This document shows positions 21,225 through 31,197 of a stretch of 58,401 nucleotides of DNA, piece after piece. This DNA comes from an uncultured virus (IMG/VR IMGVR_UViG_3300002835_000038) (Duplodnaviria > Heunggongvirae > Uroviricota > Caudoviricetes). The notes below the pieces were generated by a model. That model worked only from the letters and a program-made list of their open reading frames with translations. It was not told the DNA's origin and searched no databases. Location: positions 62,001 through 120,401 of IMG/VR virus record IMGVR_UViG_3300002835_000038; one strand, given 5' to 3'. Position 1 is the first letter of the stretch, and each line of letters starts with the position of its first letter. The position numbers and the translations under genes were made by a program.

Positions 21225-22274
21225 TCAATCGTCAGAATAATCTACAGGAGATTCAATTACGTTGTCTTCAACTACATCAAAAGATGTGTCATCAAATACA
21301 CCATCAAATACTTCTGCCCAATAATCTTTATTCTCAGATTTGTATTTATCAATGTCTTTTTTATCATCTTCAATGAAACCGTGTGTGGTTGCAAGTATTT
21401 TGTTATCTGCGTAACCTAAACCATTCATATGGTTCTTATGGATACCCACTTTAGTTCTAATTGCGAAATTAACTTTTCTACCCTTATTAGTTGCAGAAAG
21501 TTTAGATACACCAGAACTCTTTTGATTTCCAAACAAAAATACTAATGCGCAAGATAGGTAAATAGAATTACCACCTTTAGGTGCAATTGTTGGTTGTCCA
21601 AATGGATTATCAGGTAAAGCAACCCATGGTTGGTTTACGAAAACCATAGTATTGGTGTATGGATAACTTTCTTTTCTTGAAGATGTTATCCTTTGTGCCA
21701 ATCCCATACCCCATTTTTCAGATATAACTCTCGCAGTATGTTGGTTACCACCTTTACCGTCAAAACTCATTTGACAAGGTATCGTACCAATAGAATCCCA
21801 CAAAAACACAATGTCGTGTGGAATTTCACCATTTTTTTGTGCGTCCAATACTTCGGTTACATAATCAAACGCTTGTTCGATATAATCGAATCCTAACTTA
21901 TAAAGTAAGAATCCGTCCCAGTATGCAGAAACTTCTCCTGTCTCTTCGTCAACTTCTTCAATGTATTCAGTTTCTAAACCCATTTGTTTAGCGTGTTCAA
22001 AACTAAATTTTTGTTCTGTTATGATGAAAACAGGTAGAATATTTTTTTTCTGTGCATCTACCGCAGTCTGTAAAAGTGCAGTTGTTTTTCCAGTGTCTGA
22101 ATGACCTAGAAGCATATTAATCTGACCCATAGCAGGTCCTGGTAGACCAGTCGCCTTCTGAAAGGCTTCCCCTAGATCAAAGTACCTTTGTTCTTTGTAC
22201 TTTTCACTAGAGGAAAACTTCTTTCTTATAGACGAAAAATCAGATGCTTTTTTCTTTAGTGGTTGTTTCGCCAT
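21225..22274 (-). CDS. recA: RecA / UvsX-like recombinase
   Basis: GHSDTGKTT P-loop, FLWDSIG, VFVNQ, PKGGNSI; lies between the SSB and exonuclease genes. Confidence 0.85.
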   Translation of the reverse strand: MAKQPLKKKASDFSSIRKKFSSSEKYKEQRYFDLGEAFQKATGLPGPAMGQINMLLGHSDTGKTTALLQTAVDAQKKNILPVFIITEQKFSFEHAKQMGLETEYIEEVDEETGEVSAYWDGFLLYKLGFDYIEQAFDYVTEVLDAQKNGEIPHDIVFLWDSIGTIPCQMSFDGKGGNQHTARVISEKWGMGLAQRITSSRKESYPYTNTMVFVNQPWVALPDNPFGQPTIAPKGGNSIYLSCALVFLFGNQKSSGVSKLSATNKGRKVNFAIRTKVGIHKNHMNGLGYADNKILATTHGFIEDDKKDIDKYKSENKDYWAEVFDGVFDDTSFDVVEDNVIESPVDYSDD

Positions 22275-22282
22275 ATTATATA

Positions 22283-23182
22283 TTAAAACGGTAATTCGTC
22301 ATCATCACTATCTAATGAAGTTACTCCAAAATCAGTATCTTCATCTTCACTATCATATTCAGATTCAAATGACTTAGAAGTTTCAGTTCTCATCATATTG
22401 ATTTCATCAGTTAAAGACGCAGTTTCTTTTTCTTCTTTGTCTTCTTCTGCAACGAACTTCTTCTGTTCCGAATCCCAAATAGGTGTTTTATTAGTAGCCA
22501 CAATTTCTAAATACTCTTGAGACTTTTTAGAATAAACATCTCTGTGTGTTTCATCGTTGTTAAACCAATCATTCGCCTTTTCTTTATCCTTAGTAAGGAT
22601 AGATGAATCGTCAGCCATAATAGAATTTACAACACTAAAATTTTTGTCATTTCTACCTGTAGTGATGATAATATCTCTACCTTCTCTAGGATCAGTAATA
22701 TCACCTTTTAATTTAAATAAAGGAATGATTTTATCCATAATACCGTCACCAGTATATTTGTGCTTAAATCTCCAAAATTTAACTCCGTGATCTTCATTCT
22801 CTCTATCAATACCTTTAACTACATAGAATTTTCTAGGTATGAAGTCTTTCGCCAATTTCTTAGCCTTTTCTGAACCATCTTCATATAAGGCGTCTTTAGC
22901 CTCACATAGTGGACAGTGTTCACCATCGTTTAAATGGTTACAATAAATTTTATCCCAATTACCATTAACTAATTTTTCATGATAATAAACCTCCGTAAAT
23001 GGAGAACTACCATCTTTTGTAGGTAAGATTCGGAATGTTTTTGTGTGGGATTTTACCCCTTTAGGTAGTTTCTCACTGAAGTACTTTTTAAGTCTGTCTT
23101 CATTAGAGAGTTTTTTACCACTTTTCGCTGGCTCAGTGTTTTTTTCGTACTGAGACAGAATTGCATCTAAAGTATTACTCAT
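22283..23182 (-). CDS. Single-stranded DNA-binding protein (T4 gp32-like)
   Basis: FRILP, His/Cys zinc ligands (H...C...CPLCE), DITDPREGRDI, acidic tail ending DDDELPF. Confidence 0.85.
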   Translation of the reverse strand: MSNTLDAILSQYEKNTEPAKSGKKLSNEDRLKKYFSEKLPKGVKSHTKTFRILPTKDGSSPFTEVYYHEKLVNGNWDKIYCNHLNDGEHCPLCEAKDALYEDGSEKAKKLAKDFIPRKFYVVKGIDRENEDHGVKFWRFKHKYTGDGIMDKIIPLFKLKGDITDPREGRDIIITTGRNDKNFSVVNSIMADDSSILTKDKEKANDWFNNDETHRDVYSKKSQEYLEIVATNKTPIWDSEQKKFVAEEDKEEKETASLTDEINMMRTETSKSFESEYDSEDEDTDFGVTSLDSDDDELPF

Positions 23183-23206
23183 TGTATAAAAATTTTAAAT
23201 TATATA

Positions 23207-23237
23207 CAAATATACTAAAGATATTCCTAAAAGTCAA
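23207..23237 (-). promoter_or_regulatory. Putative host-RNAP promoter of the SSB-recA-exonuclease-helicase-nrdJ operon
   Basis: Minus strand TTGACT-N17-TATATTTG, 24 nt upstream of the SSB ATG. Confidence 0.7.
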
Positions 23238-23252
23238 TAAAAATCGGGGTTT

Positions 23253-23993
23253 TTAGTTATTTTCTTCGTCTTTTGTGAATTGGAAAGATTTTCTAATATC
23301 TTTTTCGTTGTAGTTATCAACATCACTCTGTTTAAGGACAAACTCTTCTTCGTCTTCGGTTGCCTCATAACCTTCTTTGTCTTTCCAGAAATCAGTTAAT
23401 TTAATACTATATGGGAATGAGTCCATAGATCTCATCTCTAATCTTTCTACAGGTGTTGGATTTCTTTTTTCAATTTGTTTTTCTAACTCATCGATTTTAT
23501 TAATCACATTATCCATACCAGAAACTTGATTTTCTAATTCAGATAATTTACCCAACAACTCATCCATTTTACTACTCATACCTTCTACAGAAGATTTAGT
23601 CGCTTCAGTTTTGTCTACGATATCAGTCACATCTATTTCAACAGATTCTTCACCAGTTTCTGTACTAGCCGTAGGAGTTTCAGTTGCAGTTTCATCCGCA
23701 TCAACATCTTCTACTTCCGCATCATCTGCCAATGGATCAGTTTCAGGTGTTTCTCCACCTGCTTCAGGTGCAGTTTCCGCACCAGCTTCAGGTGCAGTTT
23801 CATCACCACCTAACGACATAAAAGGATCATCCCCTTCTGTATCTTCATCACCCGCAGGATCCTGCTCTGTAATGTATTGATCATCTGTAAGAAGTGTACC
23901 GTTCACATCTTTTTCATTTTCAGGTACATAAAATGTGTACTCCAATAATTGTTTATATCTTTTTAATTCCTCAGAAAGTACTTTTTTGTTCAT
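23253..23993 (-). CDS. Acidic coiled-coil protein with the shared leader; possible prohead core/scaffold-like protein
   Basis: Leader VLSEELKRYKQLL, ITEQ site, very acidic linker with a duplicated ETAPEAG, then a coiled coil (MDELLGKLSELENQV...). Confidence 0.5.
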   Translation of the reverse strand: MNKKVLSEELKRYKQLLEYTFYVPENEKDVNGTLLTDDQYITEQDPAGDEDTEGDDPFMSLGGDETAPEAGAETAPEAGGETPETDPLADDAEVEDVDADETATETPTASTETGEESVEIDVTDIVDKTEATKSSVEGMSSKMDELLGKLSELENQVSGMDNVINKIDELEKQIEKRNPTPVERLEMRSMDSFPYSIKLTDFWKDKEGYEATEDEEEFVLKQSDVDNYNEKDIRKSFQFTKDEENN

Positions 23994-23994
23994 A

Positions 23995-24183
23995 TCACAT
24001 TATTAGTTGTCTACCGTCATTAGTTTTATATATCTTATTCACTCTCTCTACAATTTCTTTTCCATCATTAATAAGACATTCTTCTCCAACACAATCTTCT
24101 TTTTTTGCGTTGTTATCATTTAAAAAATCGTTAAGTGACTTTTCTAAATTATCGTTTTTTTTAGTATCTCTATTTGTTTCCAT
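23995..24183 (-). CDS. Small hypothetical protein (62 aa)
   Basis: ORF with ATATTTATA 13 nt upstream; stop abuts the next gene. Confidence 0.6.
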   Translation of the reverse strand: METNRDTKKNDNLEKSLNDFLNDNNAKKEDCVGEECLINDGKEIVERVNKIYKTNDGRQLIM

Positions 24184-24212
24184 AATACTTTTATTATATA
24201 AATATTGTGAAA

Positions 24213-24644
24213 TTAAGAAAAATGTTTTTTTATGTCGATAATTTTTAATTCATCGTTTTTAACTATTATCATTTTGTTTTGATAATCGTCCCAATTTATT
24301 TTAACATTTTTATAATCTAGATTACCAACTTCGTGTTCACTTATTTTTTCTATTAACTTATTTAATGCATTAATAGTATAAAAACACTCTCCCTTTTTGT
24401 GGACTATTATTGTTGGTGGGAAAAATGAAGATGTTTCCACTTTTTGATCTTGTTCAACCTTAACCATAAAGGTTAAAATATTTTTATTTAATTCTTCAAA
24501 ATTATATTGAAATATGTTTTTTTCTTTGATTCCAAATCTTTTATATAAATAATTTTTAAAACTTTCTAATTTATCCTGATATACAAAAGATGCTAATGTT
24601 ATATTTTTACCGCTCGTCTCCATTTCCATAAATGTAAGGGACAT
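24213..24644 (-). CDS. Hypothetical protein (143 aa; true start may be a few codons in)
   Basis: Fills the gap between neighbours; contains TIIVHKKGECFYTINALN; no function recognised. Confidence 0.6.
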   Translation of the reverse strand: MSLTFMEMETSGKNITLASFVYQDKLESFKNYLYKRFGIKEKNIFQYNFEELNKNILTFMVKVEQDQKVETSSFFPPTIIVHKKGECFYTINALNKLIEKISEHEVGNLDYKNVKINWDDYQNKMIIVKNDELKIIDIKKHFS

Positions 24645-25209
24645 ATCTATTTTTATTTTTTAGTTTGTATATTAAATCCTTACATTTATTAAATATCTTA
24701 TGATCTACCAAAGTAATATCATTTATCCTTTTAATTCTACTTATTATCTTATCTTTTTTATTTTCGAAATATTCTAAAACATTTAAATCTATGCCAAATA
24801 TTATATTTTCACTGTATATGTAAACCATACCGTTTTCTGTAAAATAAATTACTGGTGAACTAAGAGACAATATTTTTTTTATTATTCTATAATTTACTCT
24901 TTTACTACCATAGAGTATATCTAAAAAAACATAAGGGATGTTTTCACCAAATTTATCAAAACAATATTCTTTAAATTGTTCAAAATCACTTTCAAAATCA
25001 GATTTTCTTTCTGTTTGATCAAAAGTCCAAAATAGGTTATTACTTATATTTTTATGAATTATAGATATTCCTTCACCTAACAATTCTTTAGATAATTTTC
25101 TACCAATTATAAGTGTTGGTAATCCTTTATTAATAGATTCTAAATCATCACACACATTGAAATTATCAACGTTTAATTTAGTCTTAGTTACTATATTACC
25201 TATATTCAT
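24607..25209 (-). CDS. Hypothetical protein (200 aa)
   Basis: ORF directly downstream of a TTAACT-N17-TATATTTG promoter-like site. Confidence 0.6.
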   Translation of the reverse strand: MNIGNIVTKTKLNVDNFNVCDDLESINKGLPTLIIGRKLSKELLGEGISIIHKNISNNLFWTFDQTERKSDFESDFEQFKEYCFDKFGENIPYVFLDILYGSKRVNYRIIKKILSLSSPVIYFTENGMVYIYSENIIFGIDLNVLEYFENKKDKIISRIKRINDITLVDHKIFNKCKDLIYKLKNKNRYVPYIYGNGDER

Positions 25210-25213
25210 AATA

Positions 25214-25244
25214 CAAATATAGTGATTTTTTTTTAAAAAGTTAA
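25214..25244 (-). promoter_or_regulatory. Putative host-RNAP promoter
   Basis: Minus strand TTAACT-N17-TATATTTG ending 4 nt before the ATG at 25209. Confidence 0.55.
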
Positions 25245-25247
25245 GTT

Positions 25248-28200
25248 TTATGCTGGTTTAAAGTAATCTATTAACGGTTGACCGTCTTTACCAACAAAAA
25301 TTGTAAGTACATTTTGGAATGTCTCTATTGATTTATCAGATTTAGGTGGCGAGAATTGGTGAGCAGTGTCAAGACATTTTTTATATGTTGCCAAAGTACC
25401 GTTATTTTTTTGTGATGTGTAAAAATAAGAAGTTTGTGGATTGTTACCTTTTAAACCTTTAAAGTATTTCCATTGTACAATAGAAGTCTGTATTGCACTA
25501 TCAACACTATCACTTAACCTAAATGGATTTGTTATTGAAACTTCCCCACTTTTATTAAATTCTTCATACAATTGAAAGTATTGTTTTCTTCCAACAATAT
25601 AAAGGAAACCTCTAGGTCTAAATCTATATGCATCACCATCAAAAATATTATAATAATCTAATACTTTTATTTGTGATTCATCCTCTTTTTTTAATTTAGT
25701 TAAGGCTTCATTTAATAGTTTTATTTTTTCCGCTTCTGATGGTATTGACGGATTAAAAGTTTTTATCTTTTCATTAATTTCTTTTTTCTTAGCCTCTATG
25801 TTGTCGTTTTCTTTATATTCGTTTAGTGTTGGATTTCCAGCAATTTGATAGGCTTTTTTATTGTCTAAACCTGTGGTTGCGGTTGGGGTTGATGCTAAAA
25901 TACCTAATCCAGTAACACTATTATAATATCTAGTTTGTCCAGATGCTATTGAATCATTAGATGGGAATTTAACTACATGTTCTTCCTTTTTAGGATCGTC
26001 CCAAGGCATTTCTTTATTTAAAAAGTTTTCTGAATTTGCTAACATTGCAGATAACAACATAGTAACCTGAGTATTTTTTATAATTTGATTACTTTTAAAT
26101 TGTTGCGTTAATGAACTTATTAGTGAAGTTAATTCCGCATCAGTATAGTTTGTAACTCCTAAATTTCTGAAGTTAATTAAACCTCCATTTGTAAAATTAG
26201 TATCAAAATCAAAATCATCCCCACCTTCAATATCTTCCCTTACACCAAATCCTGAAACAGTAGTTAAATTAGTAAATTCTATTTTAGGTACATCACTTAT
26301 TTCATTTAAATCTATATCTAAGTCAGCAGTAATTTCTGTGTTTGGTGCAGAAATAAACTTTGATTGCCTTACACCTTCAAAATTAGTTGTCATATGGTTT
26401 GGACTAATGTTATGACTAACACTAGTTATTAAATAAGCCCCATTAAAAAATGGTACGTTTTGTAAGTCAAAATACATTAATGGTTGTATATTCATACAAC
26501 CCATAGAGTCAACTTTACAGGTATATGACCTAGTTTTAAATAATCTAAGTAAATCAGTTCCTACATATGTTTTTTGAGTACCACCTCGTTTATCCACTAA
26601 ATCTGATAAAGCCTTAAAATACTCACCAGTTTCTCTATGTTCTTGTTGACTTAAGGAAACATTTTTGAAAATTGTTTGGTTTTGTGCACCAAATGCAACT
26701 CTAAAGGCGACTAAAGAATTTTGTCCATTATTAATTATGTCTGGAGGTGAGTCATTTTTACTAGTTGGATCATTAGGATTCGGAAAACTATAACCATCAT
26801 TAGCAAAAAAGTTATTATTTCTTTCTTTAATATCTAAAGCCTGTGACGCTCCTCCGATATATATACAACAAAATATTGGACCTTGTGATTTATTACTATC
26901 TAATGTTGTTTGTGGTTTAAATATTTTAGCAACCTCAACACCACTTTTATAATTAATGTAAGTTGGTAATATCTGGAAAAGGAAATTACTATCTCTTAAT
27001 AGTTTGGACATAAAGAAATAAACACTAGTATCTAAATTACTACCTAAGGTTAGAAAACTTTTTAAATTAAATGTTGCCTTATCACCTATATCATTCCAAC
27101 CTCTATCAATAAATTTAAAATAGTCAATTAATGGTGTTTCAGAATTTCCACCACAAATATTAAATCCTTTTCTATCTGAACCAACCCATTTACTATTTAT
27201 GTTTTTAAAATAATTATATAATTGTAATTTTAACTTTACTGTACTTTTATTTTCACTTTGTTTTACTTCTTCAGTATTCGTACTATTTCCATTTTTATTT
27301 GTCTGTTCTTGTTTAGTAAACGATTCTTTAAAACTTTTTATATATTCTTTAATACTATTGTTAGAAATTTTTAAACCTACAGGAACATTTTTATTATTAA
27401 ATATGTCTGGGTTTAATATAATCATATCAGTTGTTTCTTTAAGTGTACTTAAAATATATGATTTTGATGAGTTAACATCGTTGGTACTACCACTTACCGA
27501 GTTTAACGTTGATACTAACGTATTAACATTCTTTTCAAAGGTACCATTAAACGTATTATTAAAATTTTGATTATCTACCCAATTTTTAAACTCATTTATA
27601 AATGTTATTTTTGTAGATATAGGTAAAGTTTTTAAATTTTCTTCTATAGATTTTTGCTTAGTATTATACCCTATTTTAGATAAGTATTCATCTTTTGGAG
27701 TTATAAATTCTGAGTAATCTTTTCCGTTACTAATAACATTTACTAATGGATCTAAAGATTCCCCATATCTCCACAATATACTACCAATAAAATAGATATA
27801 CATTTTAGGTAGATTTACAATTCTTGCACCAACAAAATTATTACCAGAAAAAACTGAATTCAAAAATCCTTCTTTAAAATCTCTGAAAGGGAATGTAGAT
27901 AATAAAAGATATGCCCTACTATAATTACTTAATTGTTGTTTATAAAAAGGACTATCAGTTATTAAATCCTCAAATGCATTCGCAGTTTTACTTTTAAAAT
28001 TAGATATATTAATATATTTACTACCATATGTACCACCAGAAGGGTTATAATCCTCTAGTATTGTTTTGTTTAAGTCTCCAGTAATATCCCCACTTGATTT
28101 TAGTAAGTTTTTACATACTTCTAAATCCCAAACATTAAACGAATTATATGTCGTTAAATTATTAGACTTGCTATAAAAGTTTTTGTAGAATAAAGGTCCT

Positions 28201-30860
28201 GTTTCTTTTCTGTTTATACCATTTCCATTTTTTTCATCTGTTAAATTACCATAGAGTGAATCTTCCCTTATTTCTTTAAATAAGTTTTTTGAATTATTAA
28301 TAATTCCGTTAACATCAAAGAGCATATATTCTGCTTCTGAATTATATTTACCACTTATATTAAATCCATCGATTTTTGGTAATGCGGTTTCTTCTTTTAA
28401 TAGAAGTAAATCGTTATCATTAATAACATTATCTTTATAAAAATTTGTATTTTCATAGACACTACTATCTCTATCCATTTCATTCAACAAATTAGTTATA
28501 ATGTCTCTAACATTTTTTGAATATATGGTTCTATTGGCAGCAATTGCCTCGAATTTTGAATAATCACTAATTGATTTTAAACCAGTGTCTTTATCAAATA
28601 ATGAATAATTATCTAAAACTACTGATCTAACAATAAATTTTTCTACCAATTCTTCTTTAATAGAATTAATATCGTTTAATGTATTAATTTTTAACCATGG
28701 GTTTGTGTTATAATCAATTGGGTTAATAGGGAACCAATTATCCGTATCTAAACCATTTTTTAAAGTAGTAGCCTTAGTAACTTCCTCTAGTGTTTTTCTT
28801 TTTGAAACTAAAATATCAAACACTTCTTCAGTAAATCCCCATTCAGGGAAATCATTAGGGTTTATACCTGATACTTCACCTATATAAATTTCTTCTGAAC
28901 TACCATCGGTATTATTTTGATATATTGAGGGCCAAGCAGCACTATTAATACCTGTAGGAATATCAGTACTATATCTACTTAAAATAGAACTCCTACTATT
29001 AGACTTACTTTTTTGTTCAGACTCAAAACTTATATCATAAATAGTCTCAACCATTGCCTGAGTATTATTCGCAATAATCTCAAAACAATTATCTATTGTA
29101 GGTTTAAACCCAAACTTATCTTTGAAATTTTTTAATAATTGTTCATTTATTTCTGACTGAACTACTTCCCTTTGTATCTTTATAATTTCTTCTAATTCTA
29201 TTATTGAGTACTCAACTAACTCTCTTTGTTTCCTAAAATCCGCAACCAAAACTTGTGAATTTTTACCCATAGTAGGGGAATAGAAAGTACCATCATTTAC
29301 TAATTTTTTAAATAATTCTATATTAAATGAGTTATTTTTTCCTGATTTATCACCATCATAACTATTAAGTAAGTAAAGATTATTTGTTCCACCACTTAAA
29401 TAAAATAAATCCAAAACATTATTATATGTTGTTCCCGATATCTTTCCATTAGTATCTTTTGTAGGTGACACTATATAATCTTCCCATGCATTTTCTGATA
29501 AAATATTAGGAAATGAATTAATTAATTCTTGATCCTTCGCATTCGCCTTATTTTCACTACCACTTATTTTTTCAATCTTTTTTTGGTTTTTTTCTTTTGC
29601 TTCTGATAAAGTATTAGTAGGTTTATATTCTATTCTTTTATCGGAAGAAAGATATTCTTGATATTTTTTTATTATATCACTTAATGTTGTGATATATGAT
29701 TTAAACGCACCTCTATTGACAGAATTGAAAACTATATAATCCCTTATAGAAAAATAGTTAATTTTTACTTTAAGTTCATCGTCTTTTATAGTAGTTGTTT
29801 CTATAACATTCTTATTATTCTCTAACTGAATAAATGGTTTACTGTCAGTTACATTATTTTCAATACTACCACCATTATTATTGTTTGGTTCTTTAGGTAA
29901 ACTATTACCAATAAAAGTACGAATAGTTTTTAATAAGTTTAATTTACCATTTAAATCTTTAAGAAATTGGAAACTATTTGAATCTGTTTTTATTACTTCA
30001 GTTTCTACCTGTAGTTTACCAATTTTAGTCATAAAATCGTCTACTTTTCTAATGTTTAAACCATCTTGTGTGGTTACACCATTAGTGAATCCTCCAGTTG
30101 ATTGTTTAATTCTTTCATCAAAAATTCTATTTAAATTCGCAAAACCTCTTTCCGTATTAACTACACCAATAATATTCCCCATAACCATATCATTGAGAAA
30201 GGCTTGTTGGAATCCTAAAAAATTGGCAGTTATATCAAAATTACCTGTTTGACCATCAAAATTAGATGTCCAATTAGTCATATGTAAACAATAATCTACT
30301 TTTTGTCCGAAATACCCTTTTACTGAAAGTCTAAAAACAGGATACGGCATTTTAAAAAATATACTATATGGAGATAACCTATCATTATCCTCAATAACAT
30401 CGAATAATGCACCACCTCTTACATCGGTAAATGTAATATCAACTACTGGAACTAAACTAGCATTGTATTTAATGTCTATTGATTTAATACCAAAACCTTC
30501 TAATACTCCCGCACTTCTTGTTTCAGAATTGTTTAATCCGCCAATTTGTGTCCATTCAGTTGTTGCATAACTTTTTTGTAGTGCAGGATCTAATTTTCCT
30601 GCATCATTATAACTTATTTTAGTGGATATGAAATTGACTTCATCTACCACTCCACTATTAAAAATTATTGGATCACCCGCCAACGTATTTCCACCATAAG
30701 TTGTTCTACTTCTAGGATACGCAGAAAATTTAACATATATGAATAAGTCTTCAGGTGGAACAATGTCCATACCAGGTGGGTTTGGGTCAACAACAAAAAC
30801 ACTTCCCGTATTTTTTTCATTACCTTTATTAGATCCTATTTCTTGAACATTATTATCCAT
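25248..30860 (-). CDS. Large baseplate hub / tail-associated protein with a C-terminal GH19 (lysozyme/chitinase)-like domain (1870 aa)
   Basis: Hub-like motifs (FGIKSIDIKY...VDITFTDVRG; MGCMNIQPLMYFDLQNVPFFNGAYLITSVSHNI) and GDAYRFRPRGFLYIVGRKQY resembling the GH19 GDGxxYRGRGxIQLTGRxNY motif. Confidence 0.7.
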   Translation of the reverse strand: MDNNVQEIGSNKGNEKNTGSVFVVDPNPPGMDIVPPEDLFIYVKFSAYPRSRTTYGGNTLAGDPIIFNSGVVDEVNFISTKISYNDAGKLDPALQKSYATTEWTQIGGLNNSETRSAGVLEGFGIKSIDIKYNASLVPVVDITFTDVRGGALFDVIEDNDRLSPYSIFFKMPYPVFRLSVKGYFGQKVDYCLHMTNWTSNFDGQTGNFDITANFLGFQQAFLNDMVMGNIIGVVNTERGFANLNRIFDERIKQSTGGFTNGVTTQDGLNIRKVDDFMTKIGKLQVETEVIKTDSNSFQFLKDLNGKLNLLKTIRTFIGNSLPKEPNNNNGGSIENNVTDSKPFIQLENNKNVIETTTIKDDELKVKINYFSIRDYIVFNSVNRGAFKSYITTLSDIIKKYQEYLSSDKRIEYKPTNTLSEAKEKNQKKIEKISGSENKANAKDQELINSFPNILSENAWEDYIVSPTKDTNGKISGTTYNNVLDLFYLSGGTNNLYLLNSYDGDKSGKNNSFNIELFKKLVNDGTFYSPTMGKNSQVLVADFRKQRELVEYSIIELEEIIKIQREVVQSEINEQLLKNFKDKFGFKPTIDNCFEIIANNTQAMVETIYDISFESEQKSKSNSRSSILSRYSTDIPTGINSAAWPSIYQNNTDGSSEEIYIGEVSGINPNDFPEWGFTEEVFDILVSKRKTLEEVTKATTLKNGLDTDNWFPINPIDYNTNPWLKINTLNDINSIKEELVEKFIVRSVVLDNYSLFDKDTGLKSISDYSKFEAIAANRTIYSKNVRDIITNLLNEMDRDSSVYENTNFYKDNVINDNDLLLLKEETALPKIDGFNISGKYNSEAEYMLFDVNGIINNSKNLFKEIREDSLYGNLTDEKNGNGINRKETGPLFYKNFYSKSNNLTTYNSFNVWDLEVCKNLLKSSGDITGDLNKTILEDYNPSGGTYGSKYINISNFKSKTANAFEDLITDSPFYKQQLSNYSRAYLLLSTFPFRDFKEGFLNSVFSGNNFVGARIVNLPKMYIYFIGSILWRYGESLDPLVNVISNGKDYSEFITPKDEYLSKIGYNTKQKSIEENLKTLPISTKITFINEFKNWVDNQNFNNTFNGTFEKNVNTLVSTLNSVSGSTNDVNSSKSYILSTLKETTDMIILNPDIFNNKNVPVGLKISNNSIKEYIKSFKESFTKQEQTNKNGNSTNTEEVKQSENKSTVKLKLQLYNYFKNINSKWVGSDRKGFNICGGNSETPLIDYFKFIDRGWNDIGDKATFNLKSFLTLGSNLDTSVYFFMSKLLRDSNFLFQILPTYINYKSGVEVAKIFKPQTTLDSNKSQGPIFCCIYIGGASQALDIKERNNNFFANDGYSFPNPNDPTSKNDSPPDIINNGQNSLVAFRVAFGAQNQTIFKNVSLSQQEHRETGEYFKALSDLVDKRGGTQKTYVGTDLLRLFKTRSYTCKVDSMGCMNIQPLMYFDLQNVPFFNGAYLITSVSHNISPNHMTTNFEGVRQSKFISAPNTEITADLDIDLNEISDVPKIEFTNLTTVSGFGVREDIEGGDDFDFDTNFTNGGLINFRNLGVTNYTDAELTSLISSLTQQFKSNQIIKNTQVTMLLSAMLANSENFLNKEMPWDDPKKEEHVVKFPSNDSIASGQTRYYNSVTGLGILASTPTATTGLDNKKAYQIAGNPTLNEYKENDNIEAKKKEINEKIKTFNPSIPSEAEKIKLLNEALTKLKKEDESQIKVLDYYNIFDGDAYRFRPRGFLYIVGRKQYFQLYEEFNKSGEVSITNPFRLSDSVDSAIQTSIVQWKYFKGLKGNNPQTSYFYTSQKNNGTLATYKKCLDTAHQFSPPKSDKSIETFQNVLTIFVGKDGQPLIDYFKPA

Positions 30861-30863
30861 ATT

Positions 30864-31193
30864 TTATTGTTTTTGGACATACAATGTCAAGTATTTATTT
30901 ACTTGATCGATGTATTGTTGTAAACTATCTCTCAAAGGAAAAGGTATTCTTATTATTTCTTTATCACCAATATTTTCTTCAACACCACCATATTGTGGGT
31001 TAGCCAATAATATTAACCAACCATGATATGGGTTATCATAATACTTTTGACTTAATTTATCTAAACGTGACGTAAGTGTACTATAAACCACTGATTTATC
31101 ACTACTTTTTGTAGGTAGTATTATATAAGGTAATGGTAAGTATTTACCATCAAACTTAAAACTTTGATATCTGTCGTAATATTCCTTTCCCAT
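30864..31193 (-). CDS. LysM-like baseplate/tail protein (gp53 / tail X-like)
   Basis: RLDKLSQKYYDNPYHGWLILLANP...IRIP motif; positioned just before the hub gene. Confidence 0.75.
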   Translation of the reverse strand: MGKEYYDRYQSFKFDGKYLPLPYIILPTKSSDKSVVYSTLTSRLDKLSQKYYDNPYHGWLILLANPQYGGVEENIGDKEIIRIPFPLRDSLQQYIDQVNKYLTLYVQKQ

Positions 31194-31197
31194 AGTA

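Noticed and set aside
16327..22274. Inteins or introns in nrdJ, helicase or recA
   Set aside because: Lengths are normal and I see no intein splice motifs or homing endonuclease signatures.
23740..23805. Short tandem duplication (ETAPEAG x2) as a functional repeat
   Set aside because: It is a two-copy duplication in a low-complexity acidic linker.
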